Position numbers and translations under genes: made by a program. 64,000 nucleotides of DNA. Origin: Bacteroidales bacterium. Lineage in GTDB: Bacteria > Bacteroidota > Bacteroidia > Bacteroidales > JAADJA01. The stretch spans positions 3,346-67,345 of the forward strand of contig JAUVJI010000003.1 of the NCBI GenBank assembly GCA_030596605.1, written 5' to 3'. Under the pieces are notes generated by a model. The model ran no database searches, was not told the DNA's origin, and saw nothing but the letters and a program-made list of their open reading frames with translations. This document shows positions 9,011 to 20,172 of the stretch, one piece after another. Within the stretch, counting starts at the first letter, position 1, and every line of letters starts with the position of its first letter.

Positions 9011-12000
9011 TTATTTTACCAGTGTAAATTTAACACTTTCTATTGAATTTCCATTAATTAATAATGTTGCAATATACACGCCCGATTTCCAGTTTTCGGT
9101 TACTATCGTTATCTGGTCTTGTTTCCCGGTAGTTGTTAATGTATGGATTGTTTTACCTGTAACATCCTTGATTTGAATACTGAAATCTGCTTCTGTTTCC
9201 AGTTTGTATTCCAATATCACATAATCCTTAGATGGGTTGGGATATACTTCAAGCATTTGTGGCGGTTTGGTATTGACAAGATTATTGTATTCCTCTATTG
9301 CTTCTGATGACTTGTAGGGATCAGAAAACAGAATAGGTTCTTCGTACTCCAGTTCACCAATGGCCATCAGTATATTCCTTGCATAAGCCCTTGCAGGTAT
9401 TGTTCCTCCTGATGCCAGCGCTTGTAATTCTGTTAACTGGCTTGCCGTTAAGGAAGCAATGGTATTACCGTTTTCATACAAGTCTGAGAGCATGATATAA
9501 ATATCTAACATTTCGGTGTATCTCTGCTGCTCATCTTCATCAAGATTAAACAAGGCCGGAATGTTATTTATTATATTTTCTCCCAACTGGTACTCACCCT
9601 GTTCAAGGTATAACCAGGCAAGGCGGTAATTACTATTTAAAGTATTGTCTTCCTGGTACAGGGCCAGGATGCTGTCGGATGCTGCCTGATGTTCCAGTTG
9701 CTCATTGTAATAACGGATAATGTTGTTCATGGCTATTGCCTTTTCCAGTTTATATCCTGCCAGTTGCGCTTCCAGTTCCTGTTTCAGGTTTTGAATACTG
9801 CGGCCTGCCAGTATCTGGGCTTTCATATATTCGGGCATAGGATCGAAGCGTTCATCCAGTTTTTCGAGTAATACCAGTGATTTGGCCGTATGTGGGTTGG
9901 CTACCATTACATTACGTACCATTGCATTCGGAAGTACTGTTTCCTTTTCAATAGTGCTTTCTACTACAGTTTCCGACAAGTTTGGCGATTCGCTCATCAG
10001 TTCGTTATATACCTGCACTGTTTCGGGTGGGGTGCTGGTTTCAACTTCGGTATTTAATGCTTCGGTATCACCGCCGTCTATCATTGCTGTTAATATTGCT
10101 TCGGTGCTTTCGATCCCCGATTGGGCATCGCTCATTTTACCTCTTTCATCTTCTATACCGCCACCACCGCCGGGGTTGATTCCCGATTCGCAGGCCTCCT
10201 CAAGGCTCCACTCTAATGTTGTAGGTTTTCCATGCTTATCCACCGTAACATCAAATTGGGCATCCATAGGTTCGACATTATTATTGCTTGCATTAGTAGA
10301 GAAATAATAATCAATATAGTTAGCCGTATTGTCGATATCATCATAATCGGCAGCACTGGTTTCATAATAAAAAATATTGCCTGCCATGTCTTCGATGTTT
10401 AGTGTACCTTCTCCCTGGTTTCCTGCTATACCTGCATCACTATGTATTATTGGATGTTCCCAGATAATGGTTTCGTCCGCACCTGTATCATTATAGTCGT
10501 TACACTTGATTACTAATCCTTCTTTCGGACTTTTTCCGTTGCGGTTTTTCCCCTGTACCTTGATGGCTTCTTCTACATAGTTAAACTCATTCAGGTAGAT
10601 CTGGTTGGGATCCCTGCCCGATTCGTTGACTATGATACCGATGCCTATAGGGTCAGGTGGTTGAGTAATTGAAGGATCTTTTGAAACTCGTTATCTTCTA
10701 CCCAATAATCAGTGCATTCATCAAGATATAACCCATATCCATTACTGCCAACATCCAGATCAAACTGAAATAAATTTGATGTCACCCTGGGTGAGGTCAT
10801 GCCGCTAAGATAAACTCCTCTGTAATTGTTAATAAAATCAGTATGACGGATGTCAACTTTCCGGGTAGTTGTGGCAGCTGTGGCATATACACCGTATTCC
10901 AGGTTGATAAATTCGCCGTTATCCCATTCATCGCAATCGGAAGGCGTTCCCGAAACACAATCACCCTCAATAAATATGGTAGATTTTTCGCTTAATATCC
11001 CGGTATATTCGGGTTCAGAGGTTTTTTCATTTAAAAAATTACAGAAGGTAACATCCACTCCTGTCATATTTTCAACAACCATATAGTTTACAGGTTCTTC
11101 ATAACCGAAATAGCTATCGTCCAGTTTGAAAACACAATTGTTGAAGTAGCTAACACTGATGTGCGGGTAAGAATAAAATTGGATGGCTGTCTGGTTATTG
11201 ATGAACTGGGCATCGCTGGCCTGGATGATGCCACCGGTAAAACTATAGTTAGGCAGATTATCTTCAGGAGGTGGTACATACTCCATTTTGACAGCACGGA
11301 TCGCACAAATAGCATTCTTGATAGTGCTTTGATTTAAAGCTCCTGACTCTATCTCTACCCAACCCTGGTCAATTGGATTTTGCCCAGCTGTTGATGTACC
11401 CCATACTTCAATACCGGCCCACAATTCATTATCATTAACGCTGGTAAGCGTACATCCATCTAATTCAAGTTTTCCACCTCTTTCTAAAATTATTTTCCCA
11501 TTTTCTACAAAACCAACTGTTACCCCTTCAGAGATGGTTAAAGTACTTCCAGAACAAATTCTGATCTCATCAGCATAAGTTACATTTTCATCCCAGGTTA
11601 CGTGTGTATTATCACATATTTGTAATGATGTGGGCAAGGTAAATGTATCAAAATCATTTTTCCACGTACTAAGGCCATCATCATAATGATTTATTATGAT
11701 ATCCATAAAGTCATCTTCGATATTTATTTTTGCAAAATGATGAAAACTTTCAGCTTTTAATCCGCCGGAACCAGGAATATAGAGAGGTGCTCCACCTCCA
11801 CCTAATGTTAAATGATGAACGCCATTTACCAGCCAATGAGCATAATAGTGATAATGACCTGCAATAACTAATTGAACATTATATTGTTCACACATTGGTT
11901 GAATAATATTTTGTACATGCTCATTATTATCTTCCTCACCACTGTTGGAGTATCCTGGTGCATGAAAAAAAATTATTTTCCATTTTTTATCCGTAATTGT

Positions 12001-12885
12001 TAAGTCTGCATTTAACCAGTTTATTTGACCCTGACTTGGTTCCCAAAAGTCATCCATGATATACAAACAACAAACATGTACAGGACCATAATCGAAGGAA
12101 TAGAATGCTTCAACTGGGTCCCATATAGGGTGATCATAATAAGTATAACTATATGGCCAGTATTTTTCATATATTACACCAGCTTCTCCATAAGTTTCAT
12201 GGTTTCCATAAGTTCCCATAACAGGTAATTTTGTAAGCATTTCAACAGCATTAATATCATCAGCATTGAAATAACATAATTTCCATTCATCTTCAGAATC
12301 CAGTTTATTCCAGTCACCCGCATGTAATAAAAAGGTTTGGCTTGTTAAGTCTGAATTTATTTCTACATTTATTTGCTGGCAGACTTCATCATGAAAAAGT
12401 GATTCATAGGGAGGAGTACCATTTACTCCATTACCACGTGTATCACCATAAGCATAAAAGGTTAAATCAGTTGATGTTTCTAATGGTGGGGATATAAAAG
12501 AACTTTCAATTACCTCGAATTCTTCAGTATTATCAATTGGGGCAATAACTTTATAATAGTATTTTTCCTCTGGAATGAGGTTATTTATTAGAAATGAGAA
12601 TCTGTATTGAATATCACTTTCCTGAATCGGATCAACTGATTCACTACCTAATTCATAAATTACAGGGTCGTCCTCAATTCCCCATTCTATAGTACAGGTT
12701 TCTACACTGTTTAGCTGCCACATAATAACAATATCCCTTATTTCTGGGGTATATATTGTTTCTGTATTATCCAATTTATTTTGAAATAATAAATAGGGTT
12801 TCTTTCTGAAGGGTGATTCAGTTTGTGCTTTAAGAATTAATGGGATTGTAATAATCAAACTAATAACAATAATTATCTTTTTCAT
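9011..12885 (-). pseudogene. Metallophosphoesterase (purple acid phosphatase-like) + beta-helix + helical domain + T9SS CTD, split by one frameshift near 10680
   Basis: GDTR, HAGDW, GNHE, FFHAP and GHYH motifs; the -1 frame after DNEF reads KDPSITQPPDPIGIGIIVNESGRDPNQIY...KCND without a stop into the 9011..10387 ORF and aligns with the paralog at 12989..20110. Confidence 0.85.
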
Positions 12886-12939
12886 TTTTCTAATGTTTTT
12901 AATTTATTTACATACTGCACTATTTAATCTATAACATTA

Positions 12940-12974
12940 TCAAAAGTCCCTCATATTTGTAGAGGGACTTTTGA
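12940..12974. terminator. Perfect 13-bp inverted repeat (intrinsic terminator or processing hairpin)
   Basis: TCAAAAGTCCCTC-N9-GAGGGACTTTTGA. Confidence 0.7.
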
Positions 12975-12988
12975 ATTTGTGGATATTT

Positions 12989-15900
12989 TTATCTGATTGA
13001 TACTTTTTTACTTTCAATTGTTCTTCCGTTCACATACAGAGTTATTAGATAAACCCCAGCCTTCCAGTCTTTGGTATTGACCACCTTCTGGTCGCGGTTT
13101 ATTGAGCAAACTTCGGCGTAAACAGGTTTACCGGTAAGGTCTATAATACTCAACAGTATATCTCCAAAATATCCTTCTGTATTATAGTCCACTATAATGT
13201 AATCTTCTGCCGGATTTGGAAATACATTTAATACCTCCGGTTTATCATCAAAACCAAATGTCTCATTTTCTATCACCTCTGATGATTTCAATATGTCCGG
13301 CAAGATGATTGGCTCTTCATAATCCATCAAACCGGCGGCAATCAGAATATCACGGGCATAAGCTCCAGGAAACCAATCATCATGTTCGGCCAGTATTTCC
13401 AACTGGGAAGCCTGAACGCTGTCAACTAACAGTTCATTGCCTTCCAGTTGTTCAAGAATGTTATACAATGATAAATAATCCTGGTGAACGGCTTGTTGCG
13501 TATTTGTCAAATCAAAACCGGATGGAATATTGTTCAATACATTGTTCATAGCATTATAATCCTGTTTATTATAGTAGAAAAATGCCAGCCGGTATTTTGA
13601 AAACAGGTACGGGTCATCTGTGAGCAGCATTTCAAGGGTGTCGGATGATGGCTGCGGATCAATTGTATCCTTACGATAATACTGGTACAGGTTGTTAAAA
13701 TGTTCGCCACGCTTTTGTTTCCACATTGCCAGTTCCGCTTCAATGGCTTCTTTGGCACCTGTAATGTTCACACCCTGCAATACCTGGTCTTTCATCCATT
13801 GTGGCATGGGATCGAAACGTTCGTCAACAGCGCTCATTACTTCATTATCTTTTGCCGATTGGGGATTGGCAACCAGTACATTGCGTATCATTACATTGGG
13901 CAGTACATTTTCTTTGTAAATGGCTGTTTTCATAACCGTATCACTCAAGAAAGGTGATTGGTTCATCAAGTCCTGGTAAACCTCTCCAGCTTCTGGTGGG
14001 ACACTGAGCAAAACATCAAAGTTCATTTCCTCAGTATCTCCTCCATCAACTAAGGCTGCTAACTGTGCTTCTTTTTCACCTATTTCCGAATCTGATTCAG
14101 CCATCCCTTCACGGTCATCTTCGATGTGCCCGCTGTTGTCGTCAAGTTTTGATGGGCAAGCTCCCTCTTTGGTATATTCTGCATTTGGATTAGGAGATAT
14201 ATGCATAGTTTGAGTAGAATAAAAAGGATGAGGAATAACTTTTTCATTTGTTCCATTATCACCATGATACACATAATCAATAAATCCCATGCCGTCAGCA
14301 TTGTAATAATTAAACTCTAATCCGGGGAAATCCTGTGTAAAAGTATTTCCCGCAGGAAGGGTATCATGGTTGCCCTGAAAGCCTTGATGAAATGCAATAC
14401 CATGCTCACTTTCCAGCTTTCCGTTAACAACAATATCATTTATATTATTGGCAAAATCATTACATTTAATGCATAAGCCCAATTCGGTTTCATATCTGTT
14501 GTCGCCAAAGGCGAGAATGCCCTGTCTGAGGTTTTCGAGCATATTATTGTATATCTGATTCCAGTCATCGCCGGATTCGTTTACATATATTCCTATGCGA
14601 CCCAATTCAGATGGCGAAGGCCCTTTGAAAGTATTGGCCTCAATGTGGTAGCCTGTTGAAGTGTTCAGATAAAGCCCGTATTTTTCAATATCGTATTCAA
14701 GTGATACAGGCATATAAAATTCATTGGAAGTAACCCAGGCACCATCCATTCCGCTGATGTATATACCTCGCTGGCAATGATCAAATGTGTTATGTTGGAT
14801 ATCTACATATTCCCCTCCGCTTTTATCCATAGCATAGATACCATAGCTAAGGTTTACAAATGTACCGTTTTCCCATTCGGTACAAGGTTGTGAAATGCTG
14901 ATACATTTGCCTTTAATATTTACCTGCGACCGGTAGATGTAAATACCCCTCCCTTTAAAATCTATCCCTGTATTATTTCTGAAATCACAACCGATAATCT
15001 CCACATCCTGCATATCCCTGATTCGCACGAAATAACCTGGGTTTGCTATGTTAGAATAGCTTTCATCATAAATAAAATCACAACTTTCGATATGGATATG
15101 GCTGTTATATTTATATTTTCTAAAGTCAAGCGCTCTGTCGTTGTTGATAAATGTGGAGTTAAATGCATGTACAACACCCCCCTGAAAATAAACGGGCGGA
15201 ACAAGATCCTGGTCAAAATGGTGGTTGCGAACAGCTACATCGGCATGTTCGATCACGGTTTCGTTCAATATGGTAAGCAATCCCTGGTCGGCCTGGTTAG
15301 AAGAAGCGGGATCACCTCTTACTTCAATCCCTTCCCAATTACCGATGCAGGCTTTGGTAAGTTTACAACCATCCAGGACAAGTTCCCCTTCGGGCTTAAC
15401 AATGATCCTTGACCCTTCGGGTAAAGCCACATTGCCATAAATGGTAAGTTTCGCATTCGGCTCGACAATTAAATCGCTTTGAAGGATTTTATTTTCGGTC
15501 CATTCCACTACACCGGTAATGGTTTCGGGGTTTGATTGATGCGGGCAAAAATCACCATATACGCCGCTGTTGTACCGGTCGTGACGGTATTTGCCCCATT
15601 CTACTTTGTCGGCATCGCCTTCCGTATCCCAAACATGTACTTCTACACCGGAAGTTGCGATAATTTCATTTTTTCCGTCATTATCAATATCATCGATACA
15701 TGGTGTTGAAAAGATACCGTCTATCCTTAATGGCCAGCCCAATACTCTTTGCCCGTCGGTATCAAAACAATATATACCCTTTTTTGAGCCATTTGATGCA
15801 ATTATTATTTCAACATCGTCATCTTCATCAACATCAGCAATGAGTGGTGCAATAAATTTCGCCTCAAGTCCCTGCACGTATATCGGTTCTATAAAGTTTG

Positions 15901-18900
15901 ATCCGTTTTTTTCCCAAATATAAATATATTCATCACTGGCGATTAACACTTCTATATTACCATCACCGTTAATATCAGCCGCACTCGTAACAGGTAACCA
16001 TTGTTTACCGGGGTCACTATTTGTTAAACTGAAAGTATGATCGTCATATTCCCACCCTGAAATAAAATCTCCCTGATAGTTTAGTATGAATACTCTTCCC
16101 ACCGGATATCCAGGTACGTTTCTGCCTGATACACAAATTATTTCATCATAAGGATCATTGTTATAGATATCAGCTATCGTTACAGGGCTGTCCATCCTGT
16201 CGTATTCACCCGGTGCAGGCCCATTCTGATAAAACAATCCGTTCGTGCCTGTAATATAAGGGTCTCCATTTGATTTAAAAACATAAATTCCTGCATCACA
16301 ATCATCACTTGTGGCATAACCTATTATTATCTCTTTGTCTCCGGAATTGTTTATGTTTGCCGCAACAGGCATACTAAAACCAGAGGCATCAATATCAACC
16401 GGCCATTGTCCCGGATAATTCGAATAATCAGAACCGTTTAATACATACAAGGGCGCTCCCCATCTGGCTTTAACCATTATTTCTATACTTCCATTGTTAT
16501 CAATATCAGACAATACAGCACCTTTTACCTCTGGACCTCCCAATCCGTTTGACCACAAGAAATCGGGTTCACCGCTTTGGTCACTATCAACTGTGGAATG
16601 AATGAATATTTTTCGCTTGTCGTTTCCATCACTGTAATGGGTGGTGGTAATTATTTCAAATACATTGTCATTGTCTAGATCTCCAATAACCGGAGTAGCA
16701 CTCGAACCAGCCTCATCAAATTTATAAAATCCGCCATATTCAGTTGGGTTTTGATCAATATCATATATTTCTTCACCATCATGATAAAAGCCGAATATAC
16801 CACCCCTATCATAATCGAGTCCCGGACCTTCTGAAATTGTAAAATATATCTCTTTGTTTCCATCGGCATCAAAATCGGCCGTCATGGGTGAGCCTTCCGT
16901 TCTGCCGCCGAAATCATCTATACTTATTTCTTTATTTGGCCAATCAGCATGATATGGAAGTGATGTCCAGGTTTCTTCCGGTGCGGAAAGATTTCCCTCA
17001 ATACCTGAATGTGAAACACAGCTTACCTTGTAGTAATAAATGGTTCTTGGATTTAGCCCGTAATCGGTATAGCCTGAAAAACCGGTGATTATTTGTTGAT
17101 TAAGAGGGTCACCATAATCGCCGTCAATGGTATTGCAACGGTAAATATTGTAACCTTTTTCATCCAATACCGGGTCCCAAAACAATGTTATGGATTCATG
17201 TGTGCTTTCCCATAAAATTCCTGCTATATCATCCGGTTTATCAAAATCAATTGGAATTTCCCATTCTTTTCCGTAATTATCGGTTAAGGTAAGCAGCATT
17301 TCAATGGTTTCGCCGGCATAATCGCCGGTAACATCAAACTCAAAATAAGAAGGATTACTTTCGGATGTGTGTGAAGGTATATCCCCGAAAGGTTGAACAG
17401 GTTCACCTATATTCGCAACATAAGCAGATGTACTTGTAAGTTCTCCGGTAAGCCCGCTTGCCATGCCTGAACCACCATTATAAAATTCAAAGGTTATGGA
17501 TACTTCATCGTTTGCTTCTATTATTTCTGGATATTCGCCTGTAGATGTAAAAACATTGCTGATCAACTGCGGATCAGGTGCATGAATTTCGATGTATATT
17601 TCATCGGTATAGGTATTTTGTTGCCCGTCGGTTATGCTTAACTCAAAGGCAGCAAGGTACTGGTCGGGGGTTTCGGTGCTAATACTGATAACATAAGCTG
17701 TGGAACATGCTATCGTTGAAAGCGAAGTTATGTCATCAAAATCTGCACCTGATTCTATTACCGTAATGTAATTATTGGGAGGATCAGGTTCTATGTAGGT
17801 GAGTACAGCAGTACCACCTAACGCATTTGTAAGCCCGTTGTTGGTAAGCGAAACAACAAGTTCAGCTGTTTCGCCTGCATCAGCCAGGCCGTCAGCATTT
17901 CCGTTGCTTGGGGCTATGGCATCGTCATCAATAGTTACGTCCGAGACAAACAGGTGGATGCCGGGGTTGTAAAATACCGGAATGGAAGTTTCTACCGGCA
18001 GGTAGTTTTGGGCTGTTACTGTTACCATTATGTCATTTTGATTGTCTTCTGTATCGGGAGTACATTCCACATCTATGGTAACCGTGCCACCGGTGCCAGT
18101 TATGGTTTCTACGGCATAAATTTCGCCAGGGCGGTAAAGGCACACTTTTGCTTCTGTTCCTGTAGTTAGGATATCTATTTGCACCTGTATGGTTTGCTGG
18201 CCGGTATGTACACTGGTGGGAACGTTGACCAAAAGTGGATTTGGCAGGTCGGGGATCTCGGTCCATACGGGCATTTCAGGGTCGGAGGCAAGACTCAAGG
18301 CGAAAAACTGTAATCTTTTTTGACAAGCAGAAATAGATGAAGCATAAAAAAGAGTTTTTATATGATTGAAAGAATTACCAATTAAATGATCATCATTATA
18401 TATGTTTTGAATAAATGGTTTATTATATTCTCCAACCATACTTGTCCAACCAATGGATGTATTGGCAATAACCGAAACACCTCCATTCTCAGAATTTAAA
18501 TAATGCTCTGTTACAGTATTTTTATTCCAGGGCATGGTTGTGCAATGATTTGCCAGGTAAAGAATCTGGCTCCTGTCAGTATTTAAAAGTCCATCCATAT
18601 GAGTCCTGTTAAGTGACCCATTAGCTGCATCAAAACTTGTAGGCCCTCCGTGGCCCAAAGCACAAACCATATTGTATAAAGTATTTGTTGGCCCGGTACC
18701 GTTTAATTCATCCAAAACCTGCATGTTGGTTGCATTTGGGCTGTATAACTCTTCAAAGTTCATATATGCTGGGAATGCTGGTTTTAGTGTATAGCCAATA
18801 TTCCCCAGTGAAGAAAACAGCAAACAATTATTCTCATTACCCTGCGAGGTTTTTATATACTCGAAAAACTTGGTTTTAAACCTGTTCAACTCAATTAGTT

Positions 18901-20110
18901 CGTCATTTTCATCCAAATAATCCTCCACCGGTACACGGCCAATATATACTTCCGGCTCGCGGTCAACGTTATCAAGGTTTATGGTACTTGGATAAACTTC
19001 GTCAAAAGTCCCGTCATTCTGCCTGTCCCAGTTGGCTTCACCATAGGTGGCATCGCCATCGGCATTCCAGTTTCCGTCAAGACAGGCAAAATACATGTCG
19101 GCGGGAATGGTATGTCCGTTCGGGAAATCAATTATGTCACCATCATAAGGACCCATCCATGCAAATCGTATAGGTACCTGTTCGCTATCACCACCAAGCA
19201 TGTAATACAATGCCCCCCAGTTTTGGAAAGCGTCAATTATAAAGTTCCTGACTTTCTCGGCCTGGTCAACGCCCGGGTAATAACTGTAAATCCATTCAAC
19301 GGTACGTACTACTGCCGGTACCCCTTTCCTGATTTTCCAATCGGCTATCTCCTGAAATCCCTCTGCAAGCGTTTCGTTGGTTATAATTACGTATTCTACA
19401 GCCTGCCCGTTAAAGTTGGGAAATTCGTCGGGTGCAAAAGAAGCTCCTGAAAACTCATAGGTTTTTTGCACCTGGAAATAAGTTTCTACATCCGAAGGGT
19501 TTTCGGTATAAGCTTTAATTTCTTCTTTTAGTTTAAGAAAAGAGGTGTTCAGCATCCTGCAGGGTTTTACCGGTGTGTTGTCTTCATCGGCATATACCAA
19601 CTGGTATTCGAGATGGGTGGCAAGGTAAAGCTTTTGGGTAACCGGGTTGTAAGTAAGGGGATAATAAAGCACCCCTGCAATATGCACACCTGATTTAAAA
19701 CCGGCAGTGGGACTGTAAATGTACTCAACAGGGTACTGTTCATTTACATTGTAAATTGCCGGGTCAGGGTCAACAAAATCCGGTTCGGGTTCGCCGGGAA
19801 TTTGTCCGGGTTGTGTGGGCATAATGTTATATGTACCTGTAAGTTCCTGTTGCTGGATATTTAAAATTTCAATATCCACTACGCCCTTATCTTCGGGTAT
19901 GGCAATGTGAAGGTGTTTTACCGGCAAATAAGGTTTGCCCACATCGGTTTCCATATAACAACCATCAATGGTGGCCACGTCCCACCCTTCGGTTTGTTCA
20001 AAGTTTACATCGGCAGGGATAAAATCCACCTGCCCTGTGTACTGGGCGTAAAGCCCATGCAGCATCAGCATCATAATGCTTAAAACTGCCATAAATTTAA
20101 ACTTTTCCAT
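12989..20110 (-). CDS. Gingipain-like C25 cysteine peptidase with propeptide, Ig/FN3 domains, FG-GAP/VCBS repeats, beta-helix and T9SS CTD
   Basis: 2373 aa; WKIRKG, LGGD, DMYFACLDG, IGRVP, GHGG (His), NHCTT (Cys), SDPEM; ADFDADG/GDLDND/DIDNDG repeats; VFPNP...AGVYLI CTD. Confidence 0.9.
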   Translation of the reverse strand: MEKFKFMAVLSIMMLMLHGLYAQYTGQVDFIPADVNFEQTEGWDVATIDGCYMETDVGKPYLPVKHLHIAIPEDKGVVDIEILNIQQQELTGTYNIMPTQPGQIPGEPEPDFVDPDPAIYNVNEQYPVEYIYSPTAGFKSGVHIAGVLYYPLTYNPVTQKLYLATHLEYQLVYADEDNTPVKPCRMLNTSFLKLKEEIKAYTENPSDVETYFQVQKTYEFSGASFAPDEFPNFNGQAVEYVIITNETLAEGFQEIADWKIRKGVPAVVRTVEWIYSYYPGVDQAEKVRNFIIDAFQNWGALYYMLGGDSEQVPIRFAWMGPYDGDIIDFPNGHTIPADMYFACLDGNWNADGDATYGEANWDRQNDGTFDEVYPSTINLDNVDREPEVYIGRVPVEDYLDENDELIELNRFKTKFFEYIKTSQGNENNCLLFSSLGNIGYTLKPAFPAYMNFEELYSPNATNMQVLDELNGTGPTNTLYNMVCALGHGGPTSFDAANGSLNRTHMDGLLNTDRSQILYLANHCTTMPWNKNTVTEHYLNSENGGVSVIANTSIGWTSMVGEYNKPFIQNIYNDDHLIGNSFNHIKTLFYASSISACQKRLQFFALSLASDPEMPVWTEIPDLPNPLLVNVPTSVHTGQQTIQVQIDILTTGTEAKVCLYRPGEIYAVETITGTGGTVTIDVECTPDTEDNQNDIMVTVTAQNYLPVETSIPVFYNPGIHLFVSDVTIDDDAIAPSNGNADGLADAGETAELVVSLTNNGLTNALGGTAVLTYIEPDPPNNYITVIESGADFDDITSLSTIACSTAYVISISTETPDQYLAAFELSITDGQQNTYTDEIYIEIHAPDPQLISNVFTSTGEYPEIIEANDEVSITFEFYNGGSGMASGLTGELTSTSAYVANIGEPVQPFGDIPSHTSESNPSYFEFDVTGDYAGETIEMLLTLTDNYGKEWEIPIDFDKPDDIAGILWESTHESITLFWDPVLDEKGYNIYRCNTIDGDYGDPLNQQIITGFSGYTDYGLNPRTIYYYKVSCVSHSGIEGNLSAPEETWTSLPYHADWPNKEISIDDFGGRTEGSPMTADFDADGNKEIYFTISEGPGLDYDRGGIFGFYHDGEEIYDIDQNPTEYGGFYKFDEAGSSATPVIGDLDNDNVFEIITTTHYSDGNDKRKIFIHSTVDSDQSGEPDFLWSNGLGGPEVKGAVLSDIDNNGSIEIMVKARWGAPLYVLNGSDYSNYPGQWPVDIDASGFSMPVAANINNSGDKEIIIGYATSDDCDAGIYVFKSNGDPYITGTNGLFYQNGPAPGEYDRMDSPVTIADIYNNDPYDEIICVSGRNVPGYPVGRVFILNYQGDFISGWEYDDHTFSLTNSDPGKQWLPVTSAADINGDGNIEVLIASDEYIYIWEKNGSNFIEPIYVQGLEAKFIAPLIADVDEDDDVEIIIASNGSKKGIYCFDTDGQRVLGWPLRIDGIFSTPCIDDIDNDGKNEIIATSGVEVHVWDTEGDADKVEWGKYRHDRYNSGVYGDFCPHQSNPETITGVVEWTENKILQSDLIVEPNAKLTIYGNVALPEGSRIIVKPEGELVLDGCKLTKACIGNWEGIEVRGDPASSNQADQGLLTILNETVIEHADVAVRNHHFDQDLVPPVYFQGGVVHAFNSTFINNDRALDFRKYKYNSHIHIESCDFIYDESYSNIANPGYFVRIRDMQDVEIIGCDFRNNTGIDFKGRGIYIYRSQVNIKGKCISISQPCTEWENGTFVNLSYGIYAMDKSGGEYVDIQHNTFDHCQRGIYISGMDGAWVTSNEFYMPVSLEYDIEKYGLYLNTSTGYHIEANTFKGPSPSELGRIGIYVNESGDDWNQIYNNMLENLRQGILAFGDNRYETELGLCIKCNDFANNINDIVVNGKLESEHGIAFHQGFQGNHDTLPAGNTFTQDFPGLEFNYYNADGMGFIDYVYHGDNGTNEKVIPHPFYSTQTMHISPNPNAEYTKEGACPSKLDDNSGHIEDDREGMAESDSEIGEKEAQLAALVDGGDTEEMNFDVLLSVPPEAGEVYQDLMNQSPFLSDTVMKTAIYKENVLPNVMIRNVLVANPQSAKDNEVMSAVDERFDPMPQWMKDQVLQGVNITGAKEAIEAELAMWKQKRGEHFNNLYQYYRKDTIDPQPSSDTLEMLLTDDPYLFSKYRLAFFYYNKQDYNAMNNVLNNIPSGFDLTNTQQAVHQDYLSLYNILEQLEGNELLVDSVQASQLEILAEHDDWFPGAYARDILIAAGLMDYEEPIILPDILKSSEVIENETFGFDDKPEVLNVFPNPAEDYIIVDYNTEGYFGDILLSIIDLTGKPVYAEVCSINRDQKVVNTKDWKAGVYLITLYVNGRTIESKKVSIR

Positions 20111-20172
20111 AATTTTGTAAAGTTTTAGTGTTAATTAATTTATTTAATTGACTCGCAAGCGGGAGCATTTTC

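Noticed and set aside
7278-9259. Repeat pair 7278-7342 / 9195-9259 as a DGR template/variable repeat
   Set aside because: The 11 mismatches are not confined to adenines on either strand, and no reverse transcriptase is present
9011-10387. Independent 458-aa gene
   Set aside because: No signal peptide, and the open frame extends upstream with homology to paralogs; it is the 3' half of the frameshifted gene
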